A stretch of DNA of 61,282 bases from a virus (lineage: Duplodnaviria > Caudoviricetes). Where the stretch lies: the IMG/VR virus record IMGVR_UViG_3300033402_000012, positions 1-61,282 of that record. The stretch is one strand, 5' to 3'. The notes beneath the pieces are model-generated. The model ran no database searches. It was not told where the DNA came from and saw only the letters and a list, made by a program, of their open reading frames with translations. Made by a program: the position numbers and the translations under genes. Below, one piece after another: positions 1 to 9,943 of the stretch. Numbering within the stretch: the stretch's first letter is position 1; each line of letters begins with the position of its first letter.

Positions 1-127
1 ATGCAGTCCATGTCGTTAGACCTTTCCCGATACCTAATCACTGGCAACGTATTGTATCTATTGACCCTGCTGCGACGGGGGTTACGGCGGCAATCTGGTT
101 AGCGGTAGATGATAAGAGTAATTTGTG
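1..127. repeat. Terminal overlap identical to 61156-61282 (circular assembly)
   Basis: First 127 nt match the last 127 nt; the terminase frame continues through the join. Confidence 0.95.
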
Positions 128-647
128 GGGGTATAGAGAGTATTATGAGAGGGAGAAAATCGTCAGTGACCACGCCAAGGGAATCAAGATTAAGTGTGGA
201 GGGGACCCAGTTGACATCTGGCTACTTGACCCTACATGGGGGGAACAGCGCAACGCTGAGACTCACAAAACAGGGGCGCAGTTATGGCGCGAAGCCGGAA
301 TCCCCGTACGACTACCTGATGTGGGAGAGGACTTTGGCCTCCACGTCACAAGAGAATATATAAATGCCTCGACGGAGCCGAATCCTCGGCATCCGACGTT
401 TCATTTGTTTGAGGGATGTCCGAACTTTGAGCATGAGATTACGCACTATACATGGGATACGTTTCAGGCCGGGGCGATGAAGGGGCAGTCCAAGGAAAAG
501 CCTCGAAAGACTCACGACCATTTGATGAATGCTTTCCAGTATGCGTGTTCGATTAGGCCCACGGGGAAGCGAAATAGAAATTTACGCAGGACGGAAGATT
601 TCATGGAGGATACGAAGCCTCTCACCAACCTGTCTTCGTACACTTAA
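1..647 (+). CDS. terL: Terminase large subunit, C-terminal nuclease part (continues from 60279)
   Basis: Same frame as the 60279 ORF across the junction; RNase H-like acidic motifs SIDPAATG, LLDP, HDHLMNAFQY. Confidence 0.9.
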   Translation, partial: AVHVVRPFPIPNHWQRIVSIDPAATGVTAAIWLAVDDKSNLWGYREYYEREKIVSDHAKGIKIKCGGDPVDIWLLDPTWGEQRNAETHKTGAQLWREAGIPVRLPDVGEDFGLHVTREYINASTEPNPRHPTFHLFEGCPNFEHEITHYTWDTFQAGAMKGQSKEKPRKTHDHLMNAFQYACSIRPTGKRNRNLRRTEDFMEDTKPLTNLSSYT

Positions 648-662
648 AAAAGGAGAAACAAA

Positions 663-848
663 ATGTCAATTCCAGCTTATGTGATTAAGGAAGTGCCGGG
701 AGTGGTTGTGGGATTGGTTGTGGGAGCATTCATCCCTTCTCCTTTGCGCCTGTTAAAGACTCTACTTGTTAAGCAAGCCCGTTGGGTCATTGCAAAATTT
801 GACACGGAAGCGAAAGTTATTGTCGCTGACGTTGAGAAAAAGGTCTAA
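663..848 (+). CDS. Small membrane protein
   Basis: AGGAGA RBS; one hydrophobic segment. Confidence 0.6.
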   Translation: MSIPAYVIKEVPGVVVGLVVGAFIPSPLRLLKTLLVKQARWVIAKFDTEAKVIVADVEKKV

Positions 849-849
849 C

Positions 850-1623
850 GTGAAGAACATCATCGCCACGATACTGCTTTCCTTGATGTTCTGTTTCTCG
901 ACTAAGGCCCAAACTAAACCAAAGCCCATCGTCAATCATGTCTATGATTCAGTCGCGTTACTTTACACGCAGGATGAATCAGGCGATATGAAGATGACAT
1001 GTACTGCTACGGCGTTTGCAACCATTCCTAAGGGATATCGGTTTGTGAGCGCTGCTCATTGTGTTCCGGGGACTGAAGACAAGCTTCAAAAGCTTCAAAA
1101 GTTTTATATTTCCGCTGATAGCAAAGGTCAGAAGAACTACTTCGTGGCTAGGTTGGTTCAGGCAGGAGATAAGAAACTTGGAGATGACTTCTCTATCTTT
1201 GAGGTTGAAACTGCGGACCACTTTGATACGGTGGCTCTTGGAGATGAATCTGTCCTGAAGATTGGGGATAGAGTCATCAACGTCGCAGGTGCATTGGGAT
1301 TTGGAAAAGAATACTTTGAAGGCTACGTCTCCGAGGTTCAATTAGACCGACCCCCTTTGAATGGGGGCGAGGTCACTTGGACGAATGTGACTTTGGTACA
1401 GATTGGTGGAGCACCGGGTTCTAGTGGCTCCGCAATTGTTTCCTTAGACCAAAATGCTATCGTGGGATTCCTTGTTGGTGCATCGAATGACGATGTTGGG
1501 AAGATTTGCGTTCCTGTTAGTAAGTTTAAGGTTTTTCTGGCTGCCGTTGATGCAGGGAAGTACCACAAGTCTACCAATGGGCGTAAAGATTCAGATGATG
1601 ATGATGACATTAAAAGAAACTAA
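850..1623 (+). CDS. Secreted trypsin-like serine protease
   Basis: Probable GTG start at 850 with signal peptide; triad motifs SAAHC, DFSI, GSSGS. Confidence 0.85.
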   Translation: MKNIIATILLSLMFCFSTKAQTKPKPIVNHVYDSVALLYTQDESGDMKMTCTATAFATIPKGYRFVSAAHCVPGTEDKLQKLQKFYISADSKGQKNYFVARLVQAGDKKLGDDFSIFEVETADHFDTVALGDESVLKIGDRVINVAGALGFGKEYFEGYVSEVQLDRPPLNGGEVTWTNVTLVQIGGAPGSSGSAIVSLDQNAIVGFLVGASNDDVGKICVPVSKFKVFLAAVDAGKYHKSTNGRKDSDDDDDIKRN

Positions 1624-1625
1624 CC

Positions 1626-1994
1626 ATGAAAAAGATATGGGAACTTCTGAAGAGTGCATCACCATTTCCTGAATCATTTCTCTTTTATATTTTTACAGTC
1701 GCAGCCGACTTCGCGTCCTCAATGGCCTCTAATGGGATGCCAGATGTACATGAGTCTAATCCATACGTTCGAGATTCCAACATGCAATTTGTGTTGAGCA
1801 AAGGAATGGTAATGGATGGGATTCAGACTGTTGTTCTTATCCTTATTGCTCTCTTTACATGGAATGTACTTAAAGGAATCAATAGAACATGGGCGAAAGT
1901 CGGAATATCAAGTCTCTTTGTGATTCTTGGTGCAGCAAGATTGATGGAAGCCGTACTTCCGAATATACTTCTAGCTCTACACATGGCGAGGTAA
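1626..1994 (+). CDS. DUF5658-like membrane protein
   Basis: TM helices with D...ExNP motif (ADFASS...HESNPY). Confidence 0.6.
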   Translation: MKKIWELLKSASPFPESFLFYIFTVAADFASSMASNGMPDVHESNPYVRDSNMQFVLSKGMVMDGIQTVVLILIALFTWNVLKGINRTWAKVGISSLFVILGAARLMEAVLPNILLALHMAR

Positions 1995-1997
1995 TTT

Positions 1998-2609
1998 GTG
2001 GCGCATGGTAATATTATCGCATATTTTGGAAGACATGGTTCCACTTCAGCCAATGATGCCGGATTGTTTAGGGGAGCAACGGACTATCCACTAGATGCCC
2101 ACGGTGTCGAAGATGCCATTTCCATGAGGAACTTCTTCACGGGAACAGAACTTGGGCAAGCGTGGACATCGGGGATGAAGCGAACCGACCAAACCGCTGA
2201 GATTGTTCTTGCGGGGCGTGGGATTGAACCCTATCGGGAAGTTGGACTCAAGCCCATTGATGTTGGTGATTTGGCAGGCGAGAAGAAGTCAGACTATAGA
2301 GAAGAAGTAAATTGGCTTCAAGGACATCCAAATATAAAGTTTCCGGGCGGGGAGTCAATTAATCAGTTTAGTAAGCGCGTTCAGCCTCATATCAAGAGGG
2401 TAATCATGGCAGGAATTCACTCCCCCCACCCAACGATTGGTCTTGTTCATGCTAGTACAATACATGAAATTGGGAATATGATTCATCAGAATCACAATGC
2501 GGTGCTAGTGAAACCGGGCGGGGTGGTTGCGGTTCACTTTGATGGACAGAAGTTTCATGCAGAACCAGTGTTTAGAGGAAAAAAGGAGAGTACGGGATAT
2601 GCAAGCTAA
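1998..2609 (+). CDS. Histidine phosphatase (phosphoglycerate mutase-like)
   Basis: RHG motif, D.PL...G, RTDQTA, PGGES. Confidence 0.85.
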   Translation: MAHGNIIAYFGRHGSTSANDAGLFRGATDYPLDAHGVEDAISMRNFFTGTELGQAWTSGMKRTDQTAEIVLAGRGIEPYREVGLKPIDVGDLAGEKKSDYREEVNWLQGHPNIKFPGGESINQFSKRVQPHIKRVIMAGIHSPHPTIGLVHASTIHEIGNMIHQNHNAVLVKPGGVVAVHFDGQKFHAEPVFRGKKESTGYAS

Positions 2610-2784
2610 AAATGAAACTTGCTCAGGTAGTCATAGATTTTTCGCTTTGGACCCCATTGGGGTTCAAGAATCAGGAAAGGTTGTAGTGGTAATAGTTTGT
2701 ACATCTTGTGGTGAACTTAAAATTCACGAAATACAAGTTGCCAAACCGGGCACTCCGGTAACAGAGTAAGGGTAGGGAGGGAAA

Positions 2785-3534
2785 ATGAGCGTCCTACCGG
2801 GTGCGCTTCCGAAAGAAGCTATACATAAGATAGGTGTTCTTATTGGATTGGCCTGTTCTGGACGATTGATTCCACCGGAACTTGTGGTTTCAATGTCCAT
2901 GCAACCTAATCCAACCCACTTCTCTCATGGATTTCTAATTGTAAAAGGTCTTCCTGTTGACCAAGCAAGATGTATCTTAGCAGAAAAAGCCCTTGAAGTT
3001 GGCGCAAAGTATCTTTGGTTTGTTGATGATGATACCATTCCGCCACCCAATACTCTACAACGATTGGTTTATGTCTTAGATAACTATCCAGAGATGAAAG
3101 CAATTGGTGGAGTTTATGTGACGAAGGCTCCTGTTCCACAACCAGTTGTGTTTCGTGGAGAGGGATTGGGGTCTTTTTGGCATTGGAAGAAGGGCGAGAT
3201 TTTTGAGGTAACGGGGATTGGGGCAGGTTGTCTTTTAATAGCGACCGATGTGTTTAAGGAAATTCCTAAACCTTGGTTTGAGTTCATAGAGACACCTTCG
3301 TATGACCCAACCATTCCATCCAATTTGGTGAGTGAGGACATAAGTTTTTGTAACAAAGTTCGGGGGGCGGGATACCGGGTGTTCGCACACGGGGGAATTC
3401 TATGTGACCATTTTGATTGTGAAACAGGAAAGACCTATCAAATGGCACCTGACTCCTATCCGATGCGACCAGAAACAACAAGCTTAGCGGACCCCCTCCA
3501 ATTGGAGATTCCGCAAGAATCTAAAATTAAATAA
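2785..3534 (+). CDS. GT-A fold (GT2-like) glycosyltransferase
   Basis: LWFVDDD, GAGCLLI, SEDISFC, CDH motifs. Confidence 0.85.
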   Translation: MSVLPGALPKEAIHKIGVLIGLACSGRLIPPELVVSMSMQPNPTHFSHGFLIVKGLPVDQARCILAEKALEVGAKYLWFVDDDTIPPPNTLQRLVYVLDNYPEMKAIGGVYVTKAPVPQPVVFRGEGLGSFWHWKKGEIFEVTGIGAGCLLIATDVFKEIPKPWFEFIETPSYDPTIPSNLVSEDISFCNKVRGAGYRVFAHGGILCDHFDCETGKTYQMAPDSYPMRPETTSLADPLQLEIPQESKIK

Positions 3535-3546
3535 AGGAAAACAAAT

Positions 3547-4209
3547 ATGCCGATTGTTGCTGCACCATCTCTAAATCTTTCGTACATCGGTCAAGGACCC
3601 ACTGCGGGTGGTCAAATAATCTTTGACCAGACCAGCGGACCAAAGGCCAAAACTCTCTATGCCTATGGCGTAGCCACCAACGGTAATACCACAACGGGCG
3701 CGAACGCGGCTCCTGTTGGGTTTATTGACGGTGTGCAGTCTCTAGGAAAAACCCTTGTCCTCAACCTATACGGTTGTGGTGCTCCGGGTACGGCCCCTGA
3801 TGGAACCGCGAACTGCTCACCTTACTACACTGTACAGGGAGCGACTCAGGTTCTAGTGGGAGATACTGTTACCGTGGCAGGTTTCTCTAACTCCAATAAC
3901 AACATCTCAACTGCGGCAGCAGTTCACGGTGTTCAGAGCGGCGTTATTTGGGTTGCAAACTCGAATTATGCTTCAGCAGGGGCAGAAACTAATCCAGCGG
4001 CCACCATGACTGATTTGCAGAAGTCTGTGCCGATTTGGGTTGATGTGTTCATTGCGGGGAGCAACTCAGACACTCCGGCGGTGCTTGTTGCTGCGGGTTC
4101 TCTTATCCCATCTACAATCACATCCACTGGATTCATTCTCAACTGGACTGCACTCGCAACTACGGCTCAGACTATTCACTTTGGGGCAATTATTGCCTTC
4201 TCAGCTTAA
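3547..4209 (+). CDS. Putative virion/decoration protein (Thr/Ala/Gly-rich, beta-type)
   Basis: Composition and position in the late operon; RBS AAGGA. Confidence 0.5.
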   Translation: MPIVAAPSLNLSYIGQGPTAGGQIIFDQTSGPKAKTLYAYGVATNGNTTTGANAAPVGFIDGVQSLGKTLVLNLYGCGAPGTAPDGTANCSPYYTVQGATQVLVGDTVTVAGFSNSNNNISTAAAVHGVQSGVIWVANSNYASAGAETNPAATMTDLQKSVPIWVDVFIAGSNSDTPAVLVAAGSLIPSTITSTGFILNWTALATTAQTIHFGAIIAFSA

Positions 4210-4238
4210 TTCTGGATAACATAGGAGACTAAACGACT

Positions 4239-4727
4239 ATGCTATTCCGAAATGAAGGACCCAATCTAGGTGCAACTACCACTGTCAATGAAGTTGGTTT
4301 GAAACCAGCTTCAAATGCTAGCACAGCAGCTAGCGACTATAAACCTACAACCCGTGAAACGGTTACGGTTCAAGTTCCAACCACAGCGGCTTCTTCAGGA
4401 ACCTATTTCTTTGAGGCTCCTTGGAAATGTCAAGTGATTGCGATTCACTTCAATCTAACTGTTGTCTCAACTGGCGCGGCCACCGGATTGATTGAGAAAA
4501 TCGTCGGTGACTCCGTTGTTCCGGCAGCGAGCGGCGCAGGAATCACCGCGCTCCACACTGCTCAAGATTTACATGGCGCAACAGTGAATACCCGCGTTGA
4601 AGAGACTATCTCAGCGACTCCAACTGGCGCAACCCTAAATCCCGGCGACCAACTGGCTCTTTTTACCTCGGCCTCTACTGCTGGAATTTCTGGTTACTTC
4701 CAAGTTGATGTCGTTCAAATCGGGTAA
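4239..4727 (+). CDS. Putative capsid decoration protein
   Basis: Thr/Ala-rich beta-sandwich-like pattern; RBS GGAG. Confidence 0.45.
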   Translation: MLFRNEGPNLGATTTVNEVGLKPASNASTAASDYKPTTRETVTVQVPTTAASSGTYFFEAPWKCQVIAIHFNLTVVSTGAATGLIEKIVGDSVVPAASGAGITALHTAQDLHGATVNTRVEETISATPTGATLNPGDQLALFTSASTAGISGYFQVDVVQIG

Positions 4728-4785
4728 TATCAAAACGCTTCGGGAGTGTGCGTCAACACTCCCAACAATTTTCTAGGAGAGGGAA

Positions 4786-5064
4786 ATGACAACGGAGGAA
4801 ATGATTCAAAAAGTTACCGAACGAAGAGATAGCTACATTCAACAGCGTCTTCAGATGTTCGCCAATGTAAGTGCATTAAATGGAGCGATTGAGGATTGTG
4901 AACACTGGCTAGAGAGATTGGCCGAGGTTGATAAACCCGCAACTCAGGAACCCACTGTGGGTGGGAAATCAACCATGATGTGCTCAATAGGGGCAGCAGA
5001 AACAGCCCCACCCTCAGAGGGTCCTTTGGTGAGCAATGCTACTCTTAATTCTAGTAACGCTTAA
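4786..5064 (+). CDS. Hypothetical coiled-coil protein
   Basis: GGAGAGGG RBS; helical N-terminus ending LNGAIEDCE. Confidence 0.55.
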   Translation: MTTEEMIQKVTERRDSYIQQRLQMFANVSALNGAIEDCEHWLERLAEVDKPATQEPTVGGKSTMMCSIGAAETAPPSEGPLVSNATLNSSNA

Positions 5065-5362
5065 CTTCTTGCTAGGCGGATTCGACGCTTGGCTCTCACT
5101 TCGACGAATGAAACTGTTTGGTTTGGCTGTCGAGTTGAACGATGCAATTCGATGGCTCTCTGCAATTCTTGGAAAAGAAGTTGGAGCGGTACTTGGAATT
5201 GCGGTTCCAGTGACGGCGCAATGTATTCTGTGCATGTGGCTTCACTGGACAACTATCTTGGCTTTACTCGTCGGTTTTCGAGTTCGGCTATTTGTTGACC
5301 AACTAAATAGCTTCAAATTGGAAGCCGCGTTCCTGAAGGAACAGCGTAAACTCGACAAATAG
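5036..5362 (+). CDS. Second DUF5658-like membrane protein
   Basis: FDAWLS...G..VELN motif plus TM helices. Confidence 0.55.
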   Translation: MLLLILVTLNFLLGGFDAWLSLRRMKLFGLAVELNDAIRWLSAILGKEVGAVLGIAVPVTAQCILCMWLHWTTILALLVGFRVRLFVDQLNSFKLEAAFLKEQRKLDK

Positions 5363-5368
5363 CCGTTT

Positions 5369-5432
5369 GGGGTCCGTCACACGCGCAACCCTCCCGCGTG
5401 CATGTCTGACGAGACATATCCACACGGACCCC
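5369..5432 (+). promoter_or_regulatory. Three-way-junction RNA element with CCCUCC loop
   Basis: Perfect stems GGGGTCCGT/ACGGACCCC, CACGCG/CGCGTG, ATGTCT/AGACAT in an intergenic gap, followed by a pyrimidine run. Confidence 0.6.
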
Positions 5433-5452
5433 TACCTTTTCTTGGAGGATAA

Positions 5453-5773
5453 ATGTCAAATAGTTTAATAACACAGCAAGAGAAAGAAAAGTATCTAAAC
5501 ACTTTGTTTGATAAAGACAAGGTGATTCTCCATTGTCCAGAGCACAAGTATTCATATGGTGATAAACGTCAACCCACGCCGGGATGTAAAGGATGTTGGA
5601 TGGTGTCTTTTACTGGCCTTATGTGCAACATTCCACCGGAGCGGCGCTTGGAGGTTATGGAGATGCTTGAGTACAGCATTCACAAACTTGTGGAAGCCGA
5701 TGAAAAGGGCCAGATAGATAGATTTAAACTTTTTAAGCGTCCCCAAGTCTCATTTGAAAAAGGAAAAAGTTAA
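5453..5773 (+). CDS. Hypothetical Zn-binding protein
   Basis: CxxH...CxxC; GGAGG RBS. Confidence 0.6.
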   Translation: MSNSLITQQEKEKYLNTLFDKDKVILHCPEHKYSYGDKRQPTPGCKGCWMVSFTGLMCNIPPERRLEVMEMLEYSIHKLVEADEKGQIDRFKLFKRPQVSFEKGKS

Positions 5774-6132
5774 TGGCTATAAATTCATTTATACCTTGCG
5801 TTGATTATGCAAATACGTTGACTTTAGCTAATGGTATTGGGACATTAACTAATGGTCAAGCCAGTGGTGTGATTCAACTTGGAAAGCGTCGTTTGTTTAT
5901 GCTTAGCACCAAGGACACGACAGTTCCAGGGTCTATTAGTCAAATTGCTGTAACATTTGGAAATTCTGCTGGTGTAACTGCACCAACGCCCACCTCTACA
6001 TCACCATTTTTTAGTACTACCCAAGTTCTTATATTTGACACTGGTGATGCCTACGACCAGATTCAAGTGGGTAATTTCCACAATGCTTCGGATTCAATAG
6101 ATTATTCCATTTGTTTGCTCTCTAAGTTCTAA
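5773..6132 (+). CDS. Putative virion protein
   Basis: Translationally coupled, beta-rich, directly before the portal. Confidence 0.5.
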   Translation: MAINSFIPCVDYANTLTLANGIGTLTNGQASGVIQLGKRRLFMLSTKDTTVPGSISQIAVTFGNSAGVTAPTPTSTSPFFSTTQVLIFDTGDAYDQIQVGNFHNASDSIDYSICLLSKF

Positions 6133-6141
6133 GGTACAATT

Positions 6142-8391
6142 ATGCCTAACGATATTACGGGGGAAGCAGCGGTCGCAAGTGCGACGGGCAGTAATGCACT
6201 AGGAACAGGACCTACTGGTGGAACTGACCCTACAGGTTCTCCTATGGGTGCTGTTACTGACCCTAATGCTCTTGTTAATCTGAATAATTTGAAGCAATAT
6301 ACTCTTGACCAGCTTCAACGACTCCGTAATTTCCGTCGGCCTTATGACCAACGGCGTGCATATTGGTATCGGCAATATCTTGGCTATCGTGACCGTAAGA
6401 TGTATCCTGATAATCTTACTCCACGTTCCAATACCTTTGTTCCTTACTGCCGCTCGAATGTCGAAGCTGTGGTTTCCCGTATCAACGATGCGTTCTTCAG
6501 TGTAGACCCCCCGCTTGAAGTTCGAGCTAAGGGTGGTTCGGATGAAGCCGCTGATTCCATGCAGAAAGTTATGCTTTCGGTTCTGCACCGAGCAAAGTGG
6601 ACTAAGGCCATTGAACTCTTTAGCCGGGACTTGTGCATCTACGGACATGCTGCATTTAAGGTAGATTGGGATTGGGATTATGATACGGTAACAGGGCCGG
6701 AACCTGTCTTTGCTATGCAACCTCAGATGGACAATCAGAATCAACCTGTAGTTGGTCTTGATGGTCAACCTGTTATGATTCCCGTCCGTGACCCAATGGG
6801 AAATCCCATTCAAACTGGCACGAAGATGGTTACGAAGCAGGTGCCGAGAAATTGCCCAAAGATTATCCCCATTGACATCTATGACCTCTTGATTGACCCC
6901 GATGAAAAGATAAAGGCGCATGTGTGCGAGCAGAGTTGGGGTGAGATGCGACGGTCAACAGAATCTAACCCTGATTTATATTTGCCTGAAGCCATTGCAG
7001 AGTTGACGCGTAGGTTGGCACAATATCGTGACCTTGACCGTGATGGAGTCATTATTCGCTTTGCGGAAGTTTGGGATGATACGAAGAAAACAGTCACGAT
7101 GGTGACGTTTGGAGAGGATGCCGATGCAATTGGATGGAAAGACCGAAGATACCAGTACAGGAATGCAAGTTATTCGGCCTATAAAAGACGTGTATATAAT
7201 GGACCCCCTGTCTTACTCTATACAGGACCTAACCCATTCGCCCATAAACGCATCCCCATATTGGATACCGCTTATATCAAAGTCAAGGGCGATGTCTATG
7301 GAATCGGACTTATTGAAACTATCTCTGATTTAAATGAAGGCGTTAATGTCTTCGTGAACATGATTACCGATAACTGGAATATGGGTATTAACCGTCGATA
7401 CGCCTATGATGTGCAGGTTGACATTGACCACGACCAATTGGATATGGGAAACGTACCGGGTGGTAAGGTAGGAGTTGTGGGTAATCCACAAAATGCTATC
7501 TACCCATTACCTTTCTTTACTCCCAATGCCCAAGACTATCAAATCATAGACCTCTATAAAGGCATGATTGAAATGTCTTCGGGCATTTCCGACTTCTATG
7601 CGAAGGGTATGGGTTCTCCAACTGGAAACCGCACATCTAGCGGAATTAGTCAAGTCATAAATGAGAGCGGCTATGTCTTCAAGCTTCTCATTCGTAACAT
7701 GGAACTTGACATCTTGCAACCAATGATGGAAATGGTTTCGAGCATGATTCAACAGTTTGGAACAGCGGAGATGGAATATAGCATTACAAATGCTCCTCCG
7801 GGGATTCCAAAGTATGGGCAGGTTAAGCTTGAGAGTCTAGTTGGATGTTATGATTTTGATTTCATCGCTGCAAACTACGCGATGGGGAAGGTTGTGAAGC
7901 AGCGGAATCTCATGGCTTTCTATAACATTGCCATGCAGAGTCCATATGCAGTTCAGAGTGAGTTCCTTCGAGAAATCGCTCGCGCAATGGAAATTCCATA
8001 TGCGAACCGTTTGTTGAAGACTGAGGAACAAGTTCAACAGGAGCAACAGGCTTCTCAAGAACAACAACTCAAGATTCAACTCATGGAAAAGCTGCTTGAC
8101 TTCACAGGGAAGGCAACCGTTGAGGGTATCAAGAAGAAGGAACCAAACTCCGTCACTGCACATGCCCAAGAAGTACAGGCTGCTGTGGAAGAGTTCATCA
8201 GGGACCAAGCCGAACAAGAAGGCATTGACCTCAACCTAGAAGGTGCAATGCCTGTTCAGAATCAGATGCACGAAGGCCGTCCAAGACAATCTCAGTTTGA
8301 AGGTGAGATTCCAGGCGGAGGTGCGCCTGACCAAGACCGCTCTTTTGCTCAAACAATGGGCAGTAACTCTCTAGGAACTGCTGGCACATAA
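6142..8391 (+). CDS. Portal protein (P22/N4-like podovirus type)
   Basis: 749 aa; IYGHAAFKVDW, DLLIDPD, YGIGLIE, SGISD...G...RTSSG, C-terminal Gln-rich coiled coil. Confidence 0.9.
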   Translation: MPNDITGEAAVASATGSNALGTGPTGGTDPTGSPMGAVTDPNALVNLNNLKQYTLDQLQRLRNFRRPYDQRRAYWYRQYLGYRDRKMYPDNLTPRSNTFVPYCRSNVEAVVSRINDAFFSVDPPLEVRAKGGSDEAADSMQKVMLSVLHRAKWTKAIELFSRDLCIYGHAAFKVDWDWDYDTVTGPEPVFAMQPQMDNQNQPVVGLDGQPVMIPVRDPMGNPIQTGTKMVTKQVPRNCPKIIPIDIYDLLIDPDEKIKAHVCEQSWGEMRRSTESNPDLYLPEAIAELTRRLAQYRDLDRDGVIIRFAEVWDDTKKTVTMVTFGEDADAIGWKDRRYQYRNASYSAYKRRVYNGPPVLLYTGPNPFAHKRIPILDTAYIKVKGDVYGIGLIETISDLNEGVNVFVNMITDNWNMGINRRYAYDVQVDIDHDQLDMGNVPGGKVGVVGNPQNAIYPLPFFTPNAQDYQIIDLYKGMIEMSSGISDFYAKGMGSPTGNRTSSGISQVINESGYVFKLLIRNMELDILQPMMEMVSSMIQQFGTAEMEYSITNAPPGIPKYGQVKLESLVGCYDFDFIAANYAMGKVVKQRNLMAFYNIAMQSPYAVQSEFLREIARAMEIPYANRLLKTEEQVQQEQQASQEQQLKIQLMEKLLDFTGKATVEGIKKKEPNSVTAHAQEVQAAVEEFIRDQAEQEGIDLNLEGAMPVQNQMHEGRPRQSQFEGEIPGGGAPDQDRSFAQTMGSNSLGTAGT

Positions 8392-8403
8392 GGAAAATAA
8401 AAC

Positions 8404-8862
8404 ATGGCATCAGGAAAAGGTAATACAAACGCATTTGGATATTTGAAGGCCATTTATCAGGCAGTGTTCACAGATTTGTCTGCTTTCTGGCAGAATTCTG
8501 GTTCTCCCGCGACGAACCTCTACGTCAGTTTGCACACGGCGAATCCGGGTGCAACAGGGTCGCAGACTACCTCAGAAGCTACCTATGGTGGTGGAACAGG
8601 CTATTCGCGTGTTGCAGTCAATCGTGCGTCTGGTGCGGGTGGCTGGACAATCACCAATGAAACTATCACTAATACTTCAGCCATTAATTTTGGGATTTGT
8701 GTTGGTGGCAGCGGCGAAACAGAAACTTATGTGGGTATTGGTACAGCATCTTCCGGCCCTGGAATTTTGCTCTGGTTTGGACAATTAACTGCACCATTAG
8801 CCGTATCTGCTGGAATTACGCCCTCTATCGCTGCTGGTCAATTAAGTATTACCGAGGCATAG
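8404..8862 (+). CDS. Fibre-associated structural protein
   Basis: LYVSLHTANPG...E..Y....YSRVAV...TNTSAINF pattern common in phage fibre-base proteins. Confidence 0.65.
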   Translation: MASGKGNTNAFGYLKAIYQAVFTDLSAFWQNSGSPATNLYVSLHTANPGATGSQTTSEATYGGGTGYSRVAVNRASGAGGWTITNETITNTSAINFGICVGGSGETETYVGIGTASSGPGILLWFGQLTAPLAVSAGITPSIAAGQLSITEA

Positions 8863-8863
8863 A

Positions 8864-9925
8864 ATGATTATCCTAACCAACGTTGGCACAGGAGATATTC
8901 TCCAAGTCACCTGTGGTACGTCTGTCGCTAGTGTCGGCATCCACTGTTCTTGGGTTGATGATAATTCAGGAACAGTTACACCTGGAAATACTAATACTAC
9001 TATCACAAGTTCCACAGCGGCAACGACCGTTTCACCAGCAGTTGTGTCAGGGCATCAAACGAACATTAAAACTTTAACGGTTCGTAATGTTAGTGCGACT
9101 GCTACTCTTATTACAATCAGTCTTACAATCAATGGTGGAACTGCCGTAGTGTTGATGACTGTGACTCTACAGCCGAACTACACTATTCAATACTTTGACA
9201 CGACTGGATTCATGCTTTTAGATGCCAGTGGTGGTCAAGTTGTTACTCCCTTAACTGGTAGATTTCTTGGGCAATTTGTTCATACATCAGGAACTACTCA
9301 CACTGTTGGAGCACAAACCAACACAGTTAAAATTATTCTAGTTGGCGGGGGTGGTGGCGGCGCAGGTGTAGCGGGGAATGCTGGAAATCAAGCCTATGGT
9401 AGTGGCGGCGCTGCCGGGGGATATACAGAAATTGTCACACCTGTGGTTCCTAATACTACTTATACATATGCTGTTGGCGGGGGTGGTGCTGGTGGTGCCA
9501 ATAACGCAAATGGCGCGAATGGGACGAACTCTACTTGGACTGGAAACGCTTCTAATGGAACGATTGTTTGGACAGCCCAAGGTGGCGCTAATGGACAGAA
9601 CATGGCGAATGGTCTAACTGCACTTGTCGGTGTCGGTGGAGCCGGAACGCCAGCTAATAGTGCCAATACTCCAACATTGTCAATAGGCGGTCAAGGTGGC
9701 GCTAATGGTCAACGCACAAATGGTACTGTCGGTGCGTCTGGCTCTGGTGGTGATGGTGTGTTTGGTTTTGGTGGCACGTCTATCATTCAATTGGCGGCTA
9801 CTGCTGGTGTTGTAGGAGTCGGGGGAACTCTATACGGTGGTGGTGGAAGTGGCGCTGGTGGAAACTCCAACGCCAATGGTGGTGCTGGTGGTCAAGGAGT
9901 TGTTATAGTAGAAGAGTTTAGTTAA
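8864..9925 (+). CDS. Glycine-rich fibre protein
   Basis: C-terminal glycine-rich domain (VGGGGGG, VGGGGAGG, GGAGGQGVVIVEEF). Confidence 0.75.
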   Translation: MIILTNVGTGDILQVTCGTSVASVGIHCSWVDDNSGTVTPGNTNTTITSSTAATTVSPAVVSGHQTNIKTLTVRNVSATATLITISLTINGGTAVVLMTVTLQPNYTIQYFDTTGFMLLDASGGQVVTPLTGRFLGQFVHTSGTTHTVGAQTNTVKIILVGGGGGGAGVAGNAGNQAYGSGGAAGGYTEIVTPVVPNTTYTYAVGGGGAGGANNANGANGTNSTWTGNASNGTIVWTAQGGANGQNMANGLTALVGVGGAGTPANSANTPTLSIGGQGGANGQRTNGTVGASGSGGDGVFGFGGTSIIQLAATAGVVGVGGTLYGGGGSGAGGNSNANGGAGGQGVVIVEEFS

Positions 9926-9943
9926 TCAAAACGGAGGGGACCG

